NCBI GenBank assembly: GCA_964589145.1
Contig: CAZPSL010000213.1
Location: 1 to 54,980 of the forward strand
From: an uncultured Anaerolineales bacterium
GTDB taxonomy: Bacteria > Chloroflexota > Anaerolineae > Anaerolineales > UBA11858
DNA length: 54,980 nucleotides
Direction of reading: 5' to 3'
Part shown: positions 45,601 through 53,242 of the stretch, piece after piece
Position numbering within the stretch: the first letter of the stretch is position 1
Layout of the letters: each line of letters starts with the position of its first letter
Position numbers and translations under genes: made by a program
The notes under the pieces: model-generated
Databases searched by the model: none
What the model was told of the DNA's origin: nothing
What the model saw: the letters and a program-made list of their open reading frames with translations, nothing else

Positions 45601-45965
45601 TCCATTCGCTCAACCGTTACACCTACGGTTACGCCGAACCCGCCGAACCCTCCCGCTTCATCGCCGACATCCCGGATGACCTGCTCGATGACGCCCGCCC
45701 CGGACGCCAAAAGCGGAAGTCCCGCCGCGCGGCAGCCGGTTACGAATCCTGGACTTTGCCCGCCCCGAAGGGCCGCACAGCCCGAAAGAAGCCCAAGCCC
45801 AAAATGCAGTACAGCCCCGGCATGAAGGTCGAGCACAGCGTTTGGGGCGAGGGCATGGTACTCAACGCCAAACTGGACGGCGACGACGAAATCGTGGACA
45901 TTTTCTTCGACAGCGTAGGCCTGAAGCGGGTTGTGGCGGCAATGGCGAAGTTAAAAATCAAATGA
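42684..45965 (+). CDS. pcrA: PcrA/UvrD-type ATP-dependent DNA helicase, intein-containing precursor
   Basis: ORF trimmed to the ATG at 42684 (MNPLLDGLNPQQQQAV...). Walker A AGPGSGKT, VDEFQDTN, and motif III split as VVGDADQ / SIYRWRGA. The extein totals about 729 aa. Confidence 0.9.
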   Translation: MNPLLDGLNPQQQQAVMAGTGPVLVLAGPGSGKTRVLTHRIAYLIGYLGVRPYHVLAVTFTNKAAREMEARVENLLGQSTRGLTLGTFHAVCARILRREAEHLPFDSNYVIFDADDQLSIVKRVLKDLNVNDKLYRPQGVHAAISNAKNELILPDAFPVQTYRDEVIKRVYERYQQALLTSNALDFDDLLLWTAHLLEEQPAVRERYARRYEHILVDEFQDTNMAQYTLLRHLASFHRNIFVVGDADQCFPPETPVQTPEGAQPIADLQAGEQVIAASGRGSVLAARVNRVGKRHFEGELVAVKTQKGLSFRATPNHIVFTRLGLNPGLHYVYLMYRRDKGYRIGVASHARSDGTNAHNQIGLRVRSNQEKADKMWVLRVCEDRADAYYWESFYAFTYGVPTTVFDAAGRSMKFTQEKIDRLYAQIDTRTNARRLMEDLGLDENYPHYRPQGTFRNLVNLRYFGDGRKTKSSPWHAHRVDLWSSEDELAQKLKSQGYHPRIRSRNNWRIGFSRLHYDDIHAVARKLSDDLGGAEIVVGAFLVDKGDSPLSPRFALMPASQLHPSMILAVAQDGEIVEDVITEVHREPYEGDVYDLEVDNLHNYLAGGIVVHNSIYRWRGADYRNVLRFEQDFPDAQVILLEQHYRSTQTILDTAMAVIDRNPNRKRKQLFTERGRGPKVILRETYDDREQAAFVVETIAKQVARQNRQPGDFAVMYRTNAQSRVLEEAFLAAGLPYKLVGAQRFYGRREIKDVIAYLRLVHNPNDQVSLDRVINTPTRGIGSKTQVALRTEARKLNLTPGELLLTLAAGDESPQAERFTRRALLALSRFAKMLSTWIALRAELPPRDLMDKILEDTNYRTYIDDGTDEGRSRWENVVELRRLAAEYRDEGMEAFLEDVALVSDQDTLDADANVPTLLTLHAAKGLEFPVVFIVGLNDGTLPHIRSFDEPESMQEERRLFYVGITRAKDQLYLLHSLNRYTYGYAEPAEPSRFIADIPDDLLDDARPGRQKRKSRRAAAGYESWTLPAPKGRTARKKPKPKMQYSPGMKVEHSVWGEGMVLNAKLDGDDEIVDIFFDSVGLKRVVAAMAKLKIK
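43428..44519 (+). other. Intein (364 aa) inserted in helicase motif III
   Basis: Starts with Cys (CFPPETPVQTPEG...). Block B TPNH. Blocks F/G GDVYDLEVDNLHNYLAGGIVVHN, followed by extein +1 Ser. A central domain of about 200 aa or more of unclear type is present. Confidence 0.88.
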
Positions 45966-46004
45966 TGGTTTGGAAAACGGGCTACGCCCGTTTTCCAAAC
46001 CATC
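45964..46004. repeat. Perfect 19-bp-stem hairpin overlapping the pcrA stop codon
   Basis: gatggtttggaaaacgggc tac gcccgttttccaaaccatc. No U tract follows on the plus strand. Confidence 0.8.
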
Positions 46005-46015
46005 TAAAAAACATT

Positions 46016-46510
46016 ATGCCCATCCTTGCGAAAGACTCCCTCGAAATCATCAGCCGCAGCGCAGAGCAGACCCGCCGCGTGGGGATGCGCCTGGGCGCGC
46101 TGCTCGCACCGGGTGACATCGTCTGTCTGGCGGGCGACCTGGGGAGCGGCAAAACCACCTTCGTGCAGGGGCTGGCGGCAGGCTGGGGCTCACTCGACCC
46201 GGTTTCCAGCCCCACCTTCGTCATCGTCAACGTCTACCGGCGGCTGGATGCGGGCGAACTCTACCATCTGGATGCCTACCGCCTGAGCGGTCCCGCCGAG
46301 GCCGCCGACCTTGACCTGGACATGATGATCGAGCGCGGTCCCCTCGTCGTCGAGTGGGCGGACATCATCGCCGATGCCCTGCCTTCGGAGCGCATCTGGG
46401 CTGACCTGCGCTATGTGGACGAAACCCAGCGCGACCTGATTTTCTCCGCCCGCGGCGACCGCCACCGGCACCTGCTGACCGAATTCCGCCGTCAGGTTTA
46501 CGGCGCATGA
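46016..46510 (+). CDS. tsaE: tRNA t6A37 biosynthesis ATPase TsaE
   Basis: ORF trimmed to the ATG at 46016. LAGDLGSGKTTFVQG and SPTF.I.N.Y..L.H.D.YR motifs. Confidence 0.88.
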   Translation: MPILAKDSLEIISRSAEQTRRVGMRLGALLAPGDIVCLAGDLGSGKTTFVQGLAAGWGSLDPVSSPTFVIVNVYRRLDAGELYHLDAYRLSGPAEAADLDLDMMIERGPLVVEWADIIADALPSERIWADLRYVDETQRDLIFSARGDRHRHLLTEFRRQVYGA

Positions 46511-46574
46511 GAGTGTTTTTCCGCTAATCTTCGCCAGTTCCCGCGAATAACGTGCTGATGCGGGTTCTGTTTTG

Positions 46575-46762
46575 AGATGCTGTGGCAACATTTTCCCCCT
46601 CCCCTGCCCTCACCCCTGACCCCTCTCCCTTCGGGAGAGGGGAACCAAAGCGGGAATTTTTGGGAACTGCTTCCTTTCCCCCCCTCCCCTGCCCTCCCCC
46701 CGGTGGGGGGGAGGGTTGGGTGGGGGAACACCGTCATTCCACAACATTTACTCGCACTCATT
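46575..46762. repeat. Degenerate copy of the modular repeat family
   Basis: Contains the modules cccctcccctgccct, ccctctcccttcgggagagggg and gggagggttgggtggggg. Ends with a TIR-like attccacaacatttactcgcactc. Confidence 0.5.
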
Positions 46763-46803
46763 CGTGCAAATTCGCGTGCATCCGCGGATAACCCGGAGTA
46801 AAA

Positions 46804-47469
46804 ATGCTGCTTGCCGTTGATACCTCCACCCGCTCGCTGGGCGTTGCGCTTTACGATGGCGTGCGCGTGCTCAGCGAGGCCGCCTGGGTGAGCAAAAACC
46901 ACCATACCACCGAACTCGCCCCGGCGGTCGAGCGCGCCCTGACGCAAATCGGTGCCACCGCCGAGGATTTGCAGGCCGTCGGCGTTGCCATCGGGCCGGG
47001 CAGTTTCACCGGTCTGCGGATCGGGCTGGCGCTGGCGAAAGGGCTGGCGCTGGCGCACCGCATTCCACTGGTCGGGATTCCCACCCTGGATGTGACCGCC
47101 GCGGCCCTGCCGGCGCCGCGCGGCTCGCGGCTGGCTGCCGTCCTCGAGGCGGGGAGACACCGGCTGGCAATTGGCTGGTACCGCACCCGCGAGGGACACT
47201 GGCACCCCGACGGCGACCTGCAAAACCTGACCCTGGAAGCGTTCGCCGAAACCATCGAGGGGCGCGTCCTGGTCTGCGGCGAGTTGAACGCCGCGGCCCG
47301 CGAGCGTCTCCGCGAGACCTCGGCGATTCTCCCGCCGCCGGTGCTGTGCGTGCGCCGTCCGGCGGTTTTGGCGGAACTGGCCTGGAAGCGCTGGCAATCC
47401 GGCCAAACCGATGACCCCGCAGCCCTCAAGCCGATTTATCTCCACCACGGCGAGCCGATTCCGGGCTGA
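46804..47469 (+). CDS. tsaB: tRNA t6A37 biosynthesis protein TsaB
   Basis: 221-aa ORF with LAVDTST...GVAL and GPGSFTGLRIG.A.AKGLA motifs. Confidence 0.88.
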   Translation: MLLAVDTSTRSLGVALYDGVRVLSEAAWVSKNHHTTELAPAVERALTQIGATAEDLQAVGVAIGPGSFTGLRIGLALAKGLALAHRIPLVGIPTLDVTAAALPAPRGSRLAAVLEAGRHRLAIGWYRTREGHWHPDGDLQNLTLEAFAETIEGRVLVCGELNAAARERLRETSAILPPPVLCVRRPAVLAELAWKRWQSGQTDDPAALKPIYLHHGEPIPG

Positions 47470-47474
47470 ACGGC

Positions 47475-47645
47475 GGGCAGGGAACAGGTATCGGGTATCA
47501 GGTATCAGGGAACAGGGATCGGGCAAACGGAGAGAGAGAGGCAGACAGGCAAAAACGGAGCAGCCTTGCAAACCTGCCACTTTTCTGCTTGCGCACTTGT
47601 AAACCTGCATACTTGCTAACATGCCCACTTGCAAACATGCCCACA
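47475..47645. repeat. Two adjacent short-period arrays (GGTATCR/GGGAACA heptamers; ACTTGCAAAC(A/C)TGCC about-16-mers)
   Basis: First array: ggtatcgggtatcaggtatcagggaacagggatcggg. Second array: ccttgcaaacctgccac..cacttgtaaacctgcatacttgctaacatgcccacttgcaaacatgccc, which runs into the first codons of the rimI ORF. Confidence 0.8.
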
Positions 47646-48148
47646 CCCGTCCCATGCGCGTGGACGACCTGCCCCAGGTGCAGGCGCTCGACGAACTGAC
47701 GTTCAGCAGCCCCTGGCCGCCGGAAGCCTTCCGCTACGAACTGCTGGAGAACCCCAACGGGCACTGCTGGGTTGCCGAAGCACAGGACGGACGCATTGTC
47801 GGCTTCATCGTCTGCTGGCTGGTAGTGGACGAAATGCACATCGCCAGCATCGCGGTGCATCCCGAACACCGCGGGCGGGGTATCGCCAGACAGATGGTGA
47901 TCACCAGCCTGCGGGCGTTGATTGCGCGCGGCGCGGTCTCCGCCACGCTGGAGATGCGCGAGAGCAACCTCGCCGCCCAGGGGTTGTACCGTCATTTTGG
48001 GTTTCGGCAGGTGGGCGAGCGCCAGCGTTACTACGCCGACACCGGCGAAGCCGCCCTGCTGATGACGGTCGCCCCCCTGGGGCCGGATTATCTGGCGTGG
48101 CTGGATTCCGGGGCCGGGAATCCCTGGCAGGGCAGCAACCCGCCCTGA
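47621..48148 (+). CDS. rimI: Ribosomal-protein-alanine N-acetyltransferase (GNAT)
   Basis: 175-aa ORF with IAV.PE.RGRGIA..M GNAT core. The start may instead be the ATG at 47654 (MRVDDL...), because the first 11 codons lie in a repeat array. Confidence 0.82.
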   Translation: MPTCKHAHTRPMRVDDLPQVQALDELTFSSPWPPEAFRYELLENPNGHCWVAEAQDGRIVGFIVCWLVVDEMHIASIAVHPEHRGRGIARQMVITSLRALIARGAVSATLEMRESNLAAQGLYRHFGFRQVGERQRYYADTGEAALLMTVAPLGPDYLAWLDSGAGNPWQGSNPP

Positions 48149-48288
48149 AAGCCGCCCCGCAGCACCCGCCCCGGGATGCGAATCAAACCGTGGAGGCACA
48201 CGTTCCACGCGAAATCCTGACCAAAATCCGGCTGAACGCGCTGGAGGCATCATTCTGCTTCCGCGGTTCGCCACCTTCTGAGGAGAAC

Positions 48289-49617
48289 ATGAACACCAAA
48301 GACCAACTGCTCCAAAAACTTGAAGACAAAACCGCCCGTGTGATGGTGCTGGGGCTGGGCTATGTGGGCCTGCCTTTTGCCACCGTCTTCGCCGAGGCGG
48401 GCTTCACCGTCACCGGCATTGACCTGGATGCCGAAAAGGCCGCGAAAATCAACCGCGGCGAGAGTTACATCCCCGATGTGCCTACCGAGCAGGTTGCCCG
48501 GCTGGTGGCGGATGGCAAACTCAGCGCCACCAGCGATTTTTCCGTGCTGGCGGAGGCCGACGCGGTCAGCATCTGCGTGCCGACCCCGCTGCGCAAAACC
48601 GGCGACCCCGACCTGGCGTACATCCTTTCGGCGACGGACGAACTGGCAAAGTACATGCACCCCGGCATGGTGGTGGTGCTGGAATCGACCACCTACCCCG
48701 GCACCACCCGCGAGGTGCTGCTGCCCAAACTGGGCGAGGCCCAAAACCTGACCGTGGGCGATGACTTTTTTCTGGCGTTTTCGCCGGAGCGGGTGGACCC
48801 CGGACGCGAAGACTGGACGACGATCAACACCCCGAAGGTGGTCGGCGGCATCACCGCGACCTGCGGCGAGGTCGCTGCCGCCTGGTACCGCGGCGCGCTG
48901 GAGACTGTGGTGCCCGTCTCCTCCGCGGAGGTGGCGGAGATGGCGAAACTGCTGGAAAACACCTTCCGCATGATCAACATCGGGCTGGTGAACGAGATGG
49001 CGATCATGTGTGCCCGGCTGGGCATTGACGTTTGGGAGGTGATTGACGCCGCCGCCACCAAGCCTTTCGGCTTTATGAAATTCACACCCGGCCCCGGGCT
49101 GGGCGGCCACTGCATCCCGATTGACCCGCTCTACCTCTCCTGGAAATTGCGGGCATTGAACTACACCGCCCGTTTTATTGAACTGGCCTCCGAAATCAAC
49201 CTGGGGATGCCGCGCTACGTGATCGGTCTGGTGCAGGATGCCCTCAACGAGCAGCGCAAGCCCGTCAAGGGGAGCAAAATCCTGGTTTTGGGGGCGGCCT
49301 ACAAGCCCGATATTGACGACCTGCGGGAATCCCCGGCCCTGGATGTGATCGGCCTCCTTCAGCAGAAGGGCGCCCTGGTGGCGTATCACGACCCCTTTGT
49401 GCCGGTCATCCGCGCCGACAGCCAGCACGCCCTCCCGGAGATGCACAGCGTCCCCGACCTGATGGAAGCCGTCCGCACCGCCGATTGCGTGGTGATCATC
49501 ACCAACCACTCGGTTTACGATTATCCCGCCATTCTGGAGGCTGCCCGGTGCATTGTGGACACGCGCAACGCCCTCGGCGACCTGGGACGGGATGACCCCA
49601 AGGTAACACGGCTGTGA
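48289..49617 (+). CDS. UDP-sugar 6-dehydrogenase family (UDP-GlcNAc/UDP-ManNAc dehydrogenase-like)
   Basis: ORF 47629..49617 trimmed to the ATG at 48289 (RBS aggag). VLGLGYVGLPFA Rossmann start and catalytic GPGLGGHCIPIDP. Confidence 0.85.
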   Translation: MNTKDQLLQKLEDKTARVMVLGLGYVGLPFATVFAEAGFTVTGIDLDAEKAAKINRGESYIPDVPTEQVARLVADGKLSATSDFSVLAEADAVSICVPTPLRKTGDPDLAYILSATDELAKYMHPGMVVVLESTTYPGTTREVLLPKLGEAQNLTVGDDFFLAFSPERVDPGREDWTTINTPKVVGGITATCGEVAAAWYRGALETVVPVSSAEVAEMAKLLENTFRMINIGLVNEMAIMCARLGIDVWEVIDAAATKPFGFMKFTPGPGLGGHCIPIDPLYLSWKLRALNYTARFIELASEINLGMPRYVIGLVQDALNEQRKPVKGSKILVLGAAYKPDIDDLRESPALDVIGLLQQKGALVAYHDPFVPVIRADSQHALPEMHSVPDLMEAVRTADCVVIITNHSVYDYPAILEAARCIVDTRNALGDLGRDDPKVTRL

Positions 49618-49627
49618 TTTTTGTTAC

Positions 49628-49676
49628 GGGTTGAAAGTTGAATGTTGAACGTTCAACCTGCAACCAGCCCTCAACC
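49628..49676. repeat. GTTGAAN heptamer array with central palindrome
   Basis: gggttgaaagttgaatgttgaacgttcaacctgcaaccagccctcaacc. Confidence 0.8.
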
Positions 49677-49687
49677 AGCGGAGCGTT

Positions 49688-50668
49688 ATGAAAACTTACC
49701 TCATCACCGGCGTTGCCGGGTTCATCGCCGCACGGGTGGCGGAAATGCTGCTCGACGCGGGGCACGCAGTCACAGGCATTGATAATCTCAACGATGCCTA
49801 CGACGTTCGCATGAAGGAGTACCGCCTGCGCCAATTGCAGGAGCGGGAGAACTTCGAGTTCATCCGGCTGGACATCAGCGATTGGGAAGCCCTGCTTCAA
49901 TCCCCGGTCTCCGATCTTCAATTTTCAGCCGTTATCAACCTGGCCGCCCGCGCCGGGGTGCGCGCCAGCATCGAAGACCCCTGGGTGTACGTGGATACCA
50001 ACATGACCGGCACGCTCAACCTGCTGGAATTCAGCCGCCGCGCCGGAATCCCGAAGTTTATCCTGGCGTCCACTTCCAGCATCTACGGCCTGAACGCGCC
50101 GCTGCCCACGCCCGAAACCGCCGACAGCAGCCGCCCGCTCCAGGCGTATGCCGCCAGCAAAAAGGGTGCCGAGGCGATGACCCACGCTTACCATCACCTT
50201 TACGGGATTGACGCCACCATCGTGCGCTTTTTCACCGTTTACGGTCCCGCCGGACGTCCTGATATGTCGGTGTTCCGCTTCATCCGCTGGATTGTGGAGG
50301 GCGAGACCCTGCACCTCAACGGTGACGGCACACAGACCCGCGGCTTCACCTACATTGACGACATCGCCCGCGGGGTGATTCAGGCCATCAGGCCGGTGGG
50401 CTACGAGATCGTCAACCTCGGCGGGCATGAGAGCATTTCGATGAACGGCCTGATCGCGCTGATTGAACAGCAGACGGGGCGGCAGGCGAAGGTGACGCAT
50501 CACCCCTTCCACACCGCCGACATGAAGGCCAACCTCGCCGACGTGACCAAAGCGGGGGAACTGCTGGGCTGGGAGCCGCGCGTCGGGCTGGAAGAGGGCA
50601 TCACCCGCACGATTGACTGGTACATGCAGAACCGCTTCTGGGCGAAAGACATCGCGTTGAATGTGTGA
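49688..50668 (+). CDS. NAD-dependent nucleotide-sugar epimerase (UDP-glucuronate 4-epimerase-like SDR)
   Basis: 326-aa ORF with GVAGFIA, the YAASKKGAE catalytic triad region, and RFFTVYGP.GRPDM. Confidence 0.85.
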   Translation: MKTYLITGVAGFIAARVAEMLLDAGHAVTGIDNLNDAYDVRMKEYRLRQLQERENFEFIRLDISDWEALLQSPVSDLQFSAVINLAARAGVRASIEDPWVYVDTNMTGTLNLLEFSRRAGIPKFILASTSSIYGLNAPLPTPETADSSRPLQAYAASKKGAEAMTHAYHHLYGIDATIVRFFTVYGPAGRPDMSVFRFIRWIVEGETLHLNGDGTQTRGFTYIDDIARGVIQAIRPVGYEIVNLGGHESISMNGLIALIEQQTGRQAKVTHHPFHTADMKANLADVTKAGELLGWEPRVGLEEGITRTIDWYMQNRFWAKDIALNV

Positions 50669-50696
50669 TGGCCGTTGCAGGGCTGGCCGGGTCGCG

Positions 50697-50817
50697 GGTT
50701 GGTTAAAAGCTGAAGGTTGAAAGTTGAAAGTTGAAAGTTGAAGGTTTCCTAGACCTAACCAGCAACCTGAAACCTACAACCTGAAACTTGCAACCCCTAA
50801 CCTGCAACCTGCAACCG
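50697..50817. repeat. Long heptamer array in inverted halves (GTTGAAR units, then CAACCTG/AAACCT units)
   Basis: First half: ggttggttaaaagctgaaggttgaaagttgaaagttgaaagttgaagg. Second half: cctaaccagcaacctgaaacctacaacctgaaacttgcaacccctaacctgcaacctgcaacc. It ends 7 nt before the ATG at 50825. Confidence 0.85.
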
Positions 50818-50824
50818 TTTCCCC

Positions 50825-52162
50825 ATGTCCCGTTTTCACCGCATCTTTGCCAACCCGCTCCTGCGCCGGATTATCCGCAATTCGGGGTATCTGTTCAGCG
50901 CGCGGGGGGCTTCGGCGGCGATGTCCATGCTGCAATCCATCCTGGCGGCGCGGCTGCTGGGGCCTTCGACCTTCGGGGTACTGGGGGCGCTGACCCAGTT
51001 TACCAGCGTGCTCAACCGCTTTGCCTCCTTTCGCATTGACGAGTTGGTGGTGCGCTATGTGGGGCATTACGAGGAACGCGGCGACCAGCCTCGGGCCGCG
51101 GCGACCTTCAAATTGGCGGCCTCCCTCGAAATTTCCGGCTCGGTACTCGCTTTCGGGTTGATCTGGCTTCTCGCGCCCCTGGGAGCAAAATTCTTTATCC
51201 ACGATCCCCAGATGGTGCAGTGGTTCCGCATCTACGGCCTGATTGTGCTCTTCAACCTGATTTACGAATCGGCCACCGGAATTTTGCAGATCTTCGACCA
51301 TTTTCGGGTGATCGCGGTCACGATGGCGGCGCAGTCGGCTTTCACGCTCACGCTGATCGTCCTGGCGGTGGTCTTCCGTCAGGGGCTGATGGCGGTGGTG
51401 CTGGCCTACATGGCGGGCAAGGCGCTCGGCTCGGTGGTGATTACCGCGGCGGCGCTGCGGGCGGCGGGGCAGGCCTGGGGCGCGGGATGGTGGCGCACGC
51501 CGCTCCGCCTGCTGAAAAGCGAGCGGCGCAGTATGCTCACCTTTGCCTTCAGCACCAACCTGAGCAGCACCATCAGCCTGGTTGCCAAGGACAGCGAGGT
51601 GCTGTGGGTTTCGGCGTTTTTGGGCACCACCGAAGCGGGTTACTACAAAACCGCGCTGGCGCTCACCAACCTGCTGCAAATTCCGGTCAGCCCCCTGCCC
51701 AAGGTCACTTTCCCGGAACTTTCCCGCGAGATTGCCCGCAAAAACTGGGCGAATGTGCGCTATGTGCTCAAGCAGGGTTCCCGGCTGGCGGCGGCTTACT
51801 CCCTGCCGGTGATGCTGACGCTGGTGCTGTTCGGCCAGCCGATTTTGCGCCTGACCTACGGCGCCGATTACCTGCCCGCTTACCCCGCGCTGGTGATTTT
51901 GCTCATCGGCTATACCTTTACCAACATTTTCTACTGGAACCGCGTGGCCCTGCTGGCGCTGGCGCGCCCGGTTTTCCCCACGCTGGTCAACCTGAGCGGG
52001 ATGCTGATAAAAGTGTCGCTGATTTTTGTGCTGGTGCCGGTTTACGGCTACCTGGCCTTTGCCGCCCTGCTCTCCGGCTACTACGTTTACACCGTCGGCA
52101 TCGCTGCGGGCCGCGTCCTGCTGGATTTGCGCGCCCGCCTGCGTGATGCGCAAACCCTGTGA
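50825..52162 (+). CDS. Wzx-like polysaccharide flippase (MOP superfamily)
   Basis: 445-aa ORF with about 12-14 TM segments. The N-terminal ...NSGYLFSARGASAAMSMLQSILAARLLGPSTFG is typical of polysaccharide-biosynthesis transporters. Confidence 0.75.
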   Translation: MSRFHRIFANPLLRRIIRNSGYLFSARGASAAMSMLQSILAARLLGPSTFGVLGALTQFTSVLNRFASFRIDELVVRYVGHYEERGDQPRAAATFKLAASLEISGSVLAFGLIWLLAPLGAKFFIHDPQMVQWFRIYGLIVLFNLIYESATGILQIFDHFRVIAVTMAAQSAFTLTLIVLAVVFRQGLMAVVLAYMAGKALGSVVITAAALRAAGQAWGAGWWRTPLRLLKSERRSMLTFAFSTNLSSTISLVAKDSEVLWVSAFLGTTEAGYYKTALALTNLLQIPVSPLPKVTFPELSREIARKNWANVRYVLKQGSRLAAAYSLPVMLTLVLFGQPILRLTYGADYLPAYPALVILLIGYTFTNIFYWNRVALLALARPVFPTLVNLSGMLIKVSLIFVLVPVYGYLAFAALLSGYYVYTVGIAAGRVLLDLRARLRDAQTL

Positions 52163-52209
52163 TGTCACCACAAAGCCTCGGAGGCACAAAGGAGTTTTCC
52201 CTTGTGCCT

Positions 52210-52397
52210 GGGTGCAGGCACAAGATGTAGAAATTGAGCGGTCATATGGGCGCTGCTTCCTTTCCCCCCTCCCCTGCCCTCCCAAAATTTTCCGCTTTGG
52301 TTCCCCTCTCCCTTCGGGAGATGGGTTAGGGGTGAGGGCGGGGGGAGGGTTGGGTGGGGGGAAAAACATCGTTGTTCTACATCTTTTGCTTGCACCC
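52210..52397. mobile_element. Complete modular MITE-like element (188 bp)
   Basis: Ends are gggtgcaggcacaagatgtagaaat ... gttctacatcttttgcttgcaccc. Internal modules ccctcccctgccctccc..gggagggttgggtgggg and ccctctcccttcgggagatggg. Confidence 0.8.
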
Positions 52398-52515
52398 CGT
52401 ACCTCATGCCCATTTGCTTTTTTTAAGATAGTGGGTATAATCGTTCGCAGGTCATAAAAGTAACTGCTCTGCATTCAGGGGGCACAACGCATGGAGCATT
52501 GGATCACGGACAGTT

Positions 52516-53169
52516 ATGCAGGCAAGGATTTTGTGTCTCGAAGGGAAGCATTCCAGTAGTCAGAAGTTCGCTCCCGCACTTCGCAAAAAAGGCTATCTGG
52601 TTGAGGTTGTCAATACGGGGAAGGCAGCCTTGCAATCTTTGGATTCGACCATCCCGGATGTGATCGTGGTCAACGCGGCCTCGATGCGCACCAGCGGAGA
52701 GCGGATCTGCCAATCCCTGCGCGAGAACGCCGACAGTTTGCCGATCATCCTGATCAGCGAGCCGGGAAGAGTCCCGAAGGCTGCACCAGTCAATCAGATT
52801 TTGACGCTGCCCTTCACCATCCGCAAACTGGATAACCGCATCAAGCCGCTGTTGCCGCTAAAAAGCGACAAAATCATCATTGCCGGTAATTTGCAACTGG
52901 ATTTGGAACACAACCAGTTTCGCTGCAAAGACCGCGAGACCCGCCTGACCCCGCGCCTGACCCGGTTATTGGAAACCTTGATGCGCCATCCTAATGAAGT
53001 CATTACCCGTGAAGATTTGTTCCGCCAGGTTTGGGAAACTGACTTTGTGGACGATACCCGCACTTTGGATGTTCACATCAGTTGGCTGCGCCGTGCCATT
53101 GAGGAAAATCCCCGTAAGCCGAAATACCTAAAAACCCTGCGTGGAGTCGGTTATCGCCTGGATGTGTAA
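52516..53169 (+). CDS. OmpR/PhoB-type winged-helix regulator with a degenerate (pseudo-)receiver domain
   Basis: 217-aa ORF. The C-terminal trans_reg_C (LTPRLTRLLETLMRHPNEVITREDL...RTLDVHISWLRRAIE...LKTLRGVGYRL) is intact. The receiver reads LCLEGK instead of the acidic DD, VIVVNAASM instead of the phospho-Asp, and TLPF instead of KPF. Confidence 0.82.
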   Translation: MQARILCLEGKHSSSQKFAPALRKKGYLVEVVNTGKAALQSLDSTIPDVIVVNAASMRTSGERICQSLRENADSLPIILISEPGRVPKAAPVNQILTLPFTIRKLDNRIKPLLPLKSDKIIIAGNLQLDLEHNQFRCKDRETRLTPRLTRLLETLMRHPNEVITREDLFRQVWETDFVDDTRTLDVHISWLRRAIEENPRKPKYLKTLRGVGYRLDV

Positions 53170-53190
53170 TCCGCTCCCTCCCCGCTCTCA

Positions 53191-53223
53191 AGATGAGACG
53201 CGCCCCGGCGGTGCGTCTCATCT
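53191..53223 (+). terminator. 11-bp hairpin after the regulator gene (terminator-like, no U tract)
   Basis: agatgagacgc gccccggcggt gcgtctcatct. Confidence 0.4.
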
Positions 53224-53242
53224 CGCGTCAGGGGCACTTGCC

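Noticed and set aside
43725-45836. 703-aa minus-strand ORF, and similarly 42648..43673
   Set aside because: Both lie antisense to the pcrA/intein gene. They are low-complexity Gly/Ala/Arg-rich translations.
46498-47655. 385-aa minus-strand ORF, and 47498..48274
   Set aside because: They lie antisense to tsaB and rimI and read through repeat modules.
50774-52474. 566-aa minus-strand ORF
   Set aside because: It lies antisense to the flippase gene and runs through a MITE. It is Arg/Gln/Gly-rich nonsense.
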